64,000 nucleotides of DNA. Source: Octopus sinensis. Its lineage: Eukaryota. A model generated the notes under the pieces. That model had not been told where the DNA came from. It made no database searches and was given only the letters and a program-made list of their open reading frames with translations. A program made the translations under genes and the position numbers. The DNA lies in assembly GCF_006345805.1 (NCBI RefSeq), contig NW_021836316.1, positions 1-64,000 on the forward strand, given 5' to 3'. Positions 53,434 to 64,000 of the stretch are shown here, piece by piece (position 1 is the stretch's first letter; every line of letters starts with the position of its first letter).

Positions 53434-54730
53434 AATCTCTCTATCAATCTATCTCTCTATACATATACATATATGGAGAGAGAGAGAGAGGTACAGAGAG
53501 AGAGAGAGAGGAGAGGTACAGAGAGAGAGAGAGATTGAGGTACAGAGAGAGAGAGAGAGAGAGAGAGAGCTAGGGAGAGAGATTTATGCGTGTGTCTGTA
53601 TGAAGAAAAATTAGAGACAACGAGACAGACATTGTTTTGGATGAAAACCCATCACAAGAATTAAAAAATTAAATCTAGTCTTATAATTAAATGAAAACAT
53701 CTTCTATTGCTCAAACTAATCTGTTTCATAAGAACTGAGGCAATCTCGTGATTTCGCAAAGTGCTAATAGACATTTGATTGAATCCTGTACTTACAAATT
53801 GTAGGGAATGCTGCAACAAATGGTGCAAGCGAAAAATAGATAGCGCAGCTGTGTAATCAGCAGATTGAAAGAACTGAAGACAGTTATTGAAGGAAGCGTG
53901 TTGCCAATTAGGAAAATTACAATGAAGATGGTTTAGAATATGATCCTGGGATCCATAATAAACAGTCAGTAATGTCAGAATGACAACTCCCTAAAATAAT
54001 TACAGTTAAATTTCTATTCTGCTTGTAACATCTGCGGAAACACACTCGATTCTTGAGCGGTTAATAAATAGACAGGTTTCTTAAGTGATTATCTCCAACG
54101 TGTTACGTGAATTCGAAACTGTAAAATTTAATTGCCTATGCCTTTGCCAGAATTACGTTGCATGTATGTAATCGATCATTTTCAAATAATTTCATTTTAT
54201 CTGACATCTTCTGCAAAATAGCGAAACTTCTGTGGCTCTAAATCACAATGATGTTCGCAAAATTCGTTTTACAAGTCTATATTCTACAGACATTGTTATA
54301 CTGCTGTCGTTGTTGCTTCTGTTCTTGTTTTGGTCAGTATTTTTGTATCATTTTGGGTTGTATTTGTTGATATTTATTTGAAACCTAGATAGATGCAGTT
54401 CGATTTGCATTCTAGTAAGAATGACATGTGCAAAATTTCTCCGTCACGCATTATAAACGACGAGCTATCAAATTCTAATGTGGTCAAAATAAACTACCTT
54501 ATTTCTATGTATCGGTGACACATTTTACTGTATGAGAAACAACATAATCTGTATAAGCAGCATAATCACTAAAAATATTCCTATCTTTCTTTCATTTTAT
54601 CATCCACTTTCAAGAGATATTGGATTCTTGCAGTGAAAAACCTGAGAACTTTCCTCCGTTTATATTGAAAACTGCAACAAATTTCAACGCATTTGCATTA
54701 CGTATTTCGAATATAAGAACAAACCAGTAA

Positions 54731-54960
54731 AGCGGCAAGCTGGCACAATCGTTAACACGCCGGGCGAAATGCGTAGCCCTATTTCGTCTGCCGTTACGTT
54801 CTGAGTTCAAATTCCGCCGAAGTCGACTTTGCCTTTCATCCTTTTGGGGTTGATAAATTAAGTACCAGTTACGCACTAGGGTCGATGTAATCGACTTAAT
54901 CCGTTTGTCTGTCCTTGTTTGTTCCCTCTGTAGTTAGCCCCTTGTGGGTAGTAAAGAAAT
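54731..54960 (+). mobile_element. SINE family A, monomer
   Basis: Diverged 18-bp TSD ATATAAGA(A/T)CA(A/G)ACCAGT at 54711-54728 and 54961-54978. Confidence 0.9.
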
Positions 54961-55733
54961 ATATAAGATCAGACCAGTTTACTCTGAATATCTCAGTTTA
55001 AACGATTCAATTGTTTGGATTCTTGCTGTTCTCTGTACATCCCAAGAATCATTATCTCTTTGGTAGGCATAAGCATGTATCAGCAACTAATATTGTGTTT
55101 TAATGATTCTTATAAATAACAACTTGCACACTCTTGCAACATTCATTGACCCGACGTCGCATCTTCAATTGAGGCAATTGCGCAATGAGTTCGAAACACA
55201 GTTTATGCCTCAAAGTCTTCTTAAAACGGTAACACGCATGCGCTACGGACACACGTCCTCTAAAATGAGGAGGTGTTCTCCTATGACGAAGAAGAACAGA
55301 TCTGAAATTCCCGTTCGAAAACATCAGAAGCCATATTCTCTCAAATTGTTTGCATTAAAATTCTCAAAGCACATATTAATGAAGATTGTTTGAACTGTCT
55401 CCTACCCAGGATGTCAAGACCAAATTTTCTCTTTCATTACACACCAGCGATGGGTCAAACCCAAACAATTTGTCAAAACAGTCTTCATAACTATTAAAAT
55501 TATCGATGCCTCATGTTTATTAATGGCCACCGCCATAGACCATCTCCAGTCTAGTATATTGTTTTTGTTGTTTCGGGTTGCATTATTTCGTAACACCACC
55601 AGGCAGTTGAATATTCTACATATACAATAGTACTGGAAATACATTTGACGAACCTCTTAATCTCTCTCTTCCCCCATTACCATCTCTTTTTCTCTCTTTC
55701 TCTATCTCTCACATTCACGAACCCACACGCATA

Positions 55734-55803
55734 TGCCTGGAATCGAACTCGGAATCTTGGAGTTAGTAACCGCGCTCTTAACCACTACACCATATGCCCG
55801 TGG
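55734..55803 (-). mobile_element. tRNA-derived SINE head fragment
   Basis: Minus strand TGGTGTAGTGGTTAAGAGC..GAGTTCGATTCC; no intact cloverleaf. Confidence 0.7.
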
Positions 55804-55804
55804 T

Positions 55805-56096
55805 ACAAATATTCGTCAATTGTAAATAATGTAAATAATATACTTAATTCCTCATCTCTTAAATATTAATATGCATTCAGTTGGTAGTGTTTCGGCCATA
55901 GATTCACAGAGAGAAATAAAAGCAGCTGTGTGGCAAGAAAAACGGTTGGCTATATTTCAATTCAACGCTCCTCTCTACTATAATAATGTTTTTATAGTTC
56001 AGATCCGTCCTCTGTTAATGCAGCAAAAGAAAGTAGAAGGCAGAATTTTGTGGAATGTACTGTGTAGTTGGTCCCCAAACATTTAATAATAATAAC

Positions 56097-56152
<56 letters not shown>

Positions 56153-56301
56153 CATCGAAAAATACCTTAGGAATGAGAACCCATGTTCGAAATTTCCCCA
56201 AGGCACCTGATGAAGGCTGGAGAGTATATCAGCCGAAAAGTTGTGTTAACAACAAAGAAGATGAGGACAAATATCCGTGAATTGTAAATAATGTAAATAA
56301 T
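55805..56301 (+). mobile_element. HHR-bearing 462-bp unit with 35-bp terminal redundancy and internal (AAT)n
   Basis: Direct repeats 55805-55839 and 56267-56301; HHR at 56203-56246. Confidence 0.7.
56203..56246 (+). ncRNA. Minimal type I hammerhead motif, stem III degenerate
   Basis: GCAC-CTGATGA-A-GGCTG..CAGCC-GAA-AAGT-T^GTGT. AAGT is one change from the ACGT palindrome seen in other copies. Confidence 0.6.
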
Positions 56302-57006
56302 TTACAGATTTAATTGAAATTTTAAGGATACGAATTGCCTCTTTTTTCAGCGTTGATTGTCTGGGTCACTAAAGTGCAATTAAGGATTTTTATTACATGA
56401 GCATTTTCACTTGCAGAAGTTGTTTCGATTTTCGCTGCTCTATGTGTATTCCATGAGTAATTATCTCCTTGACAAACAGAAGCGTGCATCAGCGACTAAT
56501 ATTGTTTTTACTGATTTCTATAATAAAGAGCTTGCGTTCTTGAAAGATTCATCGTTCTGGAATCGCTACTTAGACTGAGGCGACGTAAAACGAGTTCAAA
56601 ACACGGTGTTGTATCAAATTCCCCTTGAAGTGGTGATTCGTATGTGCTATAAACATACGTTGTCTAAAGTGCTGTCTGATGATAAAAAGCAACCGCATTC
56701 ATAATATCCCATTCCAAATTTTCGGACGTATGAAAAATAGATACCTTGTATTCTTGTTGTTCTGAATGTCCCCATGAATTTATATCATAACATTATAATC
56801 GAAGTTATTTTGGCTGTCATTAATGACTTTCCTCCGGGTATCTCATGACACATGACACTTAGTGTATATAATCCAGTAGTAGTTGGTAGCCTTCTTATAT
56901 GTTGACACGAGAAACTTAGAAATATTGAAACTTGTATGTGTGTATATGTATGTGTGTATGTATGTATGTATGTAGTATGTATGTATGTAGTATGTATGTA
57001 TGTATG

Positions 57007-57086
<80 letters not shown>

Positions 57087-57154
57087 AGCGCTGATGACGG
57101 AATTCAAACTCCCCTTTTTTTATATGTTTGTGATCCAGAAACACCGTGTTCGCT
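57087..57154 (+). ncRNA. Type I hammerhead motif (copy 1)
   Basis: AGCG-CTGATGA-cGGA..TCCa-GAA-ACAC c GTGT-T^CGCT. Confidence 0.65.
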
Positions 57155-57411
57155 ATTAACGGTAAGTGACTGAATTCGTATATTGCCACTCCGGTTTTGT
57201 GTATGTGAGCCGCAAGGGCATTCGTTTTGGGAATCTCCACTTATAGAAATGGAAAAAACGGTCTTTGACTGCCATTTCTAATTCCTTCGGTATGAGGCGA
57301 AACAGCTTGCTGCTAGCCAACTTATTTTTCTTTACTATATATATATATATATAGTTAATCCAAACATGAAAACACAACAACGCGAGGACGTGGAATATAT
57401 ATATATATATA

Positions 57412-57444
<33 letters not shown>

Positions 57445-57484
57445 ACGTGGAATATATATATATATAGATATATATATATATATC

Positions 57485-57554
<70 letters not shown>

Positions 57555-57565
57555 GTATATATATA

Positions 57566-57632
57566 AGCGCTGATGAGGAATTCAAACTCCCCTTTTTTTA
57601 TATGTTTGTGATCCAGAAACACCGTGTTCGCT
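57566..57632 (+). ncRNA. Type I hammerhead motif (copy 2)
   Basis: AGCG-CTGATGA-GGA..TCCa-GAA-ACAC c GTGT-T^CGCT. Confidence 0.65.
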
Positions 57633-57873
57633 ATTAACGGTAAGTGACTGAATTCGTATATTTGCCACTCCGGTTTTGTGTATGTGAGCCGCAAGGGCCT
57701 TCGTTTTGGGAATCTCCACTTATAGAAATGGAAAAAACGGTCTTTGACTGCCATTTCTAATTCCTTCGGTATGAGGCGAAACAGCTTGCTGCTAGCCAAC
57801 TTATTTTTCTTTACTATATATATATATATATATAGTTAATCCAAACATGAAAACACAACAACGCGAGGACGTG

Positions 57874-57925
<52 letters not shown>

Positions 57926-58394
57926 ACGTGGAATATATATATATATTATATATATATATATATTTCTATATATGGGCCAACAAGCGAAACAATCTGCCCT
58001 AACACTCCGTATTATATAAAATACGTTCAACCAACAACGATTCAAACATATTTTTCGTCTCTCTCAAAGATAAAGTTGAATGGAACGAAACTACAGCATA
58101 ATCTCCGGTTTTGAATATAGATTCTTTTGTCTTTGAGATCATAAGTAAACATTAGAAAACTGACGGCATATGAGGAGGCGAAAAAGAGCTTCATGTTCAA
58201 CAACTTAAATATGAAAGCAATCTTTGTCAATGTTGGAGTAGTGATCTTTATTAAATAAAGGCCATTATTTTGAAAAGCATCTACTAAAGAAGTATAAGTA
58301 TGTTCCACTACATCACTAGATGCAGTGCAACGTCATTGATTAAAAGGCGAAATCATATATCCTCCATATTATATCTCGTGATACACAGCAGTTT

Positions 58395-58789
58395 GGAGGC
58401 GCAATGGCCTAGTGGTTAGGGCAGCGGACTCGCGGTCATAGGATCGCGGTTTCGATTCCCAGACCGGGCGTTGTGAGTGTTTATTGAGCGAAAACACCTA
58501 AAGCTCCACGAGGCTCCGGCAGGGGATGGTGGTGATCCCTGCTGTACTCTTTCACCACAACTTTCTCTCACTCTTACTTCCTGTTTCTGTTGTACCTGTA
58601 TTTCAAAGGGCCGGCCTTGTCACTCTCTGTGTCACGCTGAATATCCCCGAGAACTACGTTAAGGGTACACGTGTCTGTGGAGTGCTCAGCCACTTACACG
58701 TTAATTTCACGAGCAGGCTGTTCCGTTGATTCGGATCAACCGGAACCCTCATAGTCGTAACCGACGGAGTGCTTCCACAGTGCTTCCAC
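58395..58789 (+). mobile_element. SINE family C, full length, duplicated AGTGCTTCCAC tail
   Basis: TSD ACACAGCAGTTT at 58383-58394 and 58790-58801. Confidence 0.93.
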
Positions 58790-59480
58790 ACACAGCAGTT
58801 TCTTATGTCATCAATATTTATACCTAAGACGCCTACTGGTGCTGCACTGTTGCATATTAGGACCCATTCATTTATGCCTTCATGTTTCTAACTGTTCATA
58901 TCTCCAAAGTTAGTACTACAAAGCAAATTATAGAAAATCATTAGTTTTAACAGCGCCAATAAAACATTTCAGTTTGAAGAACATATTTTATGAGTTATTT
59001 CCCTTGTCATATACTTCAATATCGATAACGCATTACTGTAAAAGCTGCCGGAAGAAAAAAAGTTGCATATAGTTACTTGTATTAACATAAAATGTTCACA
59101 TATAAATGGTCTGATGATTGTGAAATACTCCCGCGTATGAAACTCGGAGTCACGTTTATACAATTTAATACAAGCACAAACCACACACACACACCACACA
59201 CACACACACAGACACAGACACACACACAAACACACAAATATTAATAGATTAATATGCGAGCTTTGTTTGAAGTTTGATAAAATAAGCTATATTTTCCAAT
59301 ATTTATTTTCTTTGTGTATCCGTGTACACATGCTTTTGCAATTCTACATCTGTGCGTTCATGTGTAAGCTTTAGTATTCCCTTTCGTTGTATATATCTTT
59401 AAAAAGGATGAAAATTTTTAGAAAATTAATAAATGGAAATATTGCCGCCTTCTTTTTTTGTTTTTTATTGATAAAAATAA

Positions 59481-59511
<31 letters not shown>

Positions 59512-59866
59512 ACATCAATAGAGATACCAACAACAACAAAATCAACAACGATAATAGAACAAATATTCAATCTCTGAAGTTCACTAACATTTATTTATTC
59601 CAAATAAAAGACCATAAAAAAAAGGAAATAAAAAATAATCCTTCATTCAAAAAATAAAAAAAAAATAAGCAGAAAAAACAAAACAAAAAGTAGTCAAACA
59701 AAAATACGTATGTGTGGGCATGTGGGTGTCTGTATATGTCTATGGATGGATATGTACCTTACATGAATAAAAGCGCGCGCACCCATACACACACTTTTAT
59801 AATATATATATATATATATATTATATATATGTATGTGTATATATATATATATATAATATTATATAT

Positions 59867-59912
<46 letters not shown>

Positions 59913-60095
59913 GTATATATATATATTATGTATATATATATATATGTATATATATGTATATATATATGTATATACGTAAATAGCTAAGTATAACTTGTAC
60001 ATAAATACAATCTCTCTCCATCACCTCTCATTCCGTCTTTCTCTCCTCATTCTCTTGCTCTCTGTCTCTCGCTCTGTCTATTCTCTCTCTCTCTC

Positions 60096-60157
<62 letters not shown>

Positions 60158-60496
60158 CTGTGTGTGTGTGTGTGTCTGCCTGTGCACATATACAGACATG
60201 AAAGTTTTTGGAATTTAATAACTATCAGAAAGAATATTTAACATCACTGTTATGTTTAGCAAAATTGGGAAAGCATTCAGAAGTGTACTTGTGCGTTTGG
60301 TTTTTTTTAGTGTGCATAAAATGTAAAGTGTCACACATACATGCTGAAGCACACGCCTGCACATACACAAATAAAACAGCAAAATGTACCTAAACATTTA
60401 TATATTAATATCTTCAGAGTTTACTCATTAGATTAGGTCACCATATATTTGCGTATGTCTGTATGTGCGCGTATACCTACATACATACATACATAC

Positions 60497-60528
<32 letters not shown>

Positions 60529-60815
60529 ATTATATATATACATATAACACAACACATATATCTGTGTAGCATATGTATATATTATACATTATATCTTTGA
60601 TATATATAATATATATATTATTATATATATTATATATATATAAGTATATAATATATACATATAAGTATATATATTATATATATATTATATTATATATATC
60701 TTATATATATATATAAGTATATATATATAATATATAATTATATATTAATATATATATATATATATAAACACAACATATATCTGTATGCATATGTATATAT
60801 ATACATATATCTTTG

Positions 60816-60846
<31 letters not shown>

Positions 60847-60868
60847 AAGTATAATAATATATATATAA

Positions 60869-60914
<46 letters not shown>

Positions 60915-60915
60915 A

Positions 60916-60953
<38 letters not shown>

Positions 60954-61869
60954 TAAAACTTACTTGGAAAAGGATTGCGTGGCGTTCGATCATATAATAT
61001 AAAAATATATAAATATATGCATATATACATACATATATGTACATATCTACATATATATGTATGTACATGCGTACCATATATGCTTGTATATATACATATA
61101 TGTGTAGGTATGTACATATATGTATATACATATATATACTTATATATATATTGTAGGTATGTACATATATGTACGTATATATGCATATATTTATATATTA
61201 TTTATTTATATTTTATTTATATATATATATATATATAATATATATATATTTATGTGTATATATGTAGGTTTGCATGTAACTATGTATGTACACACATCGA
61301 CAGGCACACTACTTATGGAGATATATGTATGCATGGATATGTAAATGATTGTATATCTCTTCTTGGTTTGCAAAAGCGTCTGAGCGTACCTACGAGTGCG
61401 TCTCTGCATAGATGCATATAAGAGCGCATGCGTCTATATGTACAGATACGCCCGCGCGTGTGTGTGGATTGCAATTGTTTATTGTATTTTGCATTGTTTG
61501 TAATGGTGATAGTAGTCGAATAATTTCTTATCTATATACGAATGCACGGAAAGCATGAAAAAAATTTAATGATTAGGCGCACACACACGCAAGCACAAAC
61601 ACACACATATATGTATATATATAGAGACAAACACACACACTCACGTATAAATATATACATATATAAACATACACACACACATGTATATATATATATATAC
61701 ATTTATATATATATGTACGTATATGTATATGTATAAATATATATATATGCCAACGTATATACTTTGCATAAACTGTTTATAAGCATATATGCATATGTAT
61801 ATTTGTGTGTATATGAATTTGATCATAGGAATAACTTTCTATAGGGGTATATATATATTCATACCCAGT

Positions 61870-61910
<41 letters not shown>

Positions 61911-62999
61911 GCATATACGTATGCATATATATATATATATATAAATGTATGTGTATGTACGTATGTATGTATATATATATGTAGGTATATGTATATATCT
62001 ATATATGTATATGCATATCTATGCATGTATATGTGTATGTATATATGTATATATGTATTTATACATACATATATATATATGTATATATGTATGTATCTAT
62101 GTATATGAACACACGTACACACACACCACATATATGTATATGTTTGTGGCTGTGCCTTTGAGAAATTATAATTAAATGCATAGTAGGTGTTTATGCAAAC
62201 ATGCCACCAGATACTATGCAGCATACAGCCGTATGCTTCTCGTATTATTAAAATTACTGTGCAAAACTACGATATTGGATTTAATTAGTTGCAGAGGGAA
62301 ACTTATAATGATCTCCATTTTCCAGCAAAATCTTTAATACTCACGCATGTAAAATTGGGCACAAACATGCTTTGCAACATTGCTTAAGACAGCCAGTCCA
62401 CATGCATCATTGTACACGTATGTATATGTGTATATATGTCTGTATGTATATATATATATATATATAAATATATGAGTGTGTGTGTGTTTGTGTATGTGTA
62501 TGTATGTTTTCTTCTGTTTTTAATTACTCATATTCTTCCTGTGTTGAAATACGTGGTTTTTAACAAAGATGCTATGCTTCACCATTGGAATATAGATAAC
62601 ATGTCTCATATTAAACTTGAGAATAATCAGTCACGTGTATGTATGATCTCTTCTGTTTAAGAGGAAGGAGCCGGGTTCTAAGAAGGATACAAGGCCCCAT
62701 CTTTGGAATGTAGCTAACAATAACATATTCACCTTTTAAATTTCCACAGCATTTCCATATTTTTACTGTTCCACTTGCAGATTGAGTCGGATTATTTTTC
62801 ACATTAAAATGTCACTCAGGTTTTTACTTTCAAAACCATGGGTGCCAATTATCATTGGCAAATTTGTAATCTGGATATTGTAGCTGGAAGTTTGGAAGCA
62901 GTTGTCCATGTATTTATGTATGTATGTATGTATGTATGTATGTATGTATGTATGTATGTATGTATGTATGTATGTATGAATGTATGTATGTATGTATGC

Positions 63000-63145
63000 A
63001 GCTCGGCAAAACAGACTTATAGAATAAGTACTAGGCTTACAAAGAACAAGTCCTGGGGTCGATTTCTCCGACTAAAAAACGCCTTCAAGGCGGTTCTCCA
63101 GCATGACCAACAGTCAAATGAATGAATCAAGTAAGAAAAATAGAA
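63000..63145 (+). mobile_element. SINE family B 3' fragment
   Basis: TAGAATAAGTACTAGGCTTACAAAGAACAAGTCCTGGGGTCGATT..GGCGGTTCTCCAGCATG. Confidence 0.75.
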
Positions 63146-63152
63146 GAGCAGA

Positions 63153-63177
<25 letters not shown>

Positions 63178-63183
<6 letters not shown>

Positions 63184-63257
63184 GAATTTCGAAAAAACAG
63201 AAGACGAAGACGGGTGTGTAAACAACAAACAGACGTATTAGTTTAACGCTCGGGAAT
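63178..63257 (-). mobile_element. Tail fragment of the PLE-like family at 1-170
   Basis: Reverse complement TTCCCGAGCGTTAAACT..AAATTCTCACTATA matches 101-170. Confidence 0.6.
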
Positions 63258-64000
63258 GTATGTATGTATATATATATATATATATTTATATATACAAATA
63301 TAAATTTATATCTTGAGTGACAACAACGCTCAAGATATACAACGGACTGGAAATAGAAGTACTCTAATGAGCTGTATACACTTTTTTATGGGGTCATAGA
63401 AACTACTGTAGTAGACACAGTATTCCATTTCTCAAACTTTTGAGCGATTATGATTTATAATACAGCTATGAAATTCATTTATTCGCAATAATAATTTAGT
63501 TGCAATATTGCATTAATTATATTTGGAAGGTTTTCAAACAATGAAACATAACATTGTAATATAAGGATAGAATGTACGAAAAATAAGATATCGCTGTCGA
63601 TCTCATAATTCCTATCGAGAGCAGTGTAGCAATAAGCGAGTTTAAGTATATTAGTCTAGCAATTTTCTTCAAAAGTATTTCGTGTAGCTATTTTCCACCA
63701 AAATATATTAAAAGTAAAAGAAAAAATGTAGCAAGGTCAAAATTATATCAGGTTCAAGAAAATACACAGACTTTTTCATATTACACCACTATAAAATTCA
63801 ATTCGAAGAAGTCCGTAAATCGCTATGGAGTATAAAATGCCAATATCTCATGGAAACGGGGGTACATATATATCTTATATTCTAATAGTTTCACTCTTTG
63901 GACTGTTGTCATCCTGCCGTCATGGCACCAATTCCTATACATGATATTCGATCTGTTCTTTATTCTAACCGTCTCTTTAGCCGGATTGCTACTTTACAGG

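Larger units (their letters stand above)
57086..57935 (+). repeat. Tandem duplication (period ~479 bp) of a HHR-headed unit with TA spacers
   Basis: Copies start at 57086 and 57565; non-TA parts differ at about three positions. Confidence 0.9.

Noticed and set aside
60540-60960. ~220-bp duplicated motif string inside a TA array
   Set aside because: Indel-riddled low-complexity copies; likely slippage or assembly noise.

Overview
This is AT-rich, microsatellite-saturated eukaryotic DNA. The repeat families suggest an octopus/coleoid genome, which is an inference from remembered SINE consensus motifs. No intact host gene is recognisable, and most of the supplied ORFs are microsatellite artefacts. 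The window is a transposon patchwork: at least four tRNA-derived SINE families, a decayed CR1-group LINE, Dong/R4 and RTE LINE 3' fragments, degenerate Penelope-like (PLE) RT/GIY-YIG remnants, three mariner remnants, a non-autonomous Helitron, a long-TIR MITE and a palindrome-capped element. The main unexplained signal is 11 type I hammerhead-ribozyme (HHR) motifs from about 8 sequence families, on both strands. They sit in short non-coding units mostly next to (TA)n or (AAT)n tracts. Two units look like circularly permuted ~460-nt monomers with terminal redundancy, one is a perfect palindrome with a HHR in each arm, and one is a tandem dimer. Together they suggest a PLE-driven retrozyme/circular-RNA system. 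All structures were read by eye and none was computed.
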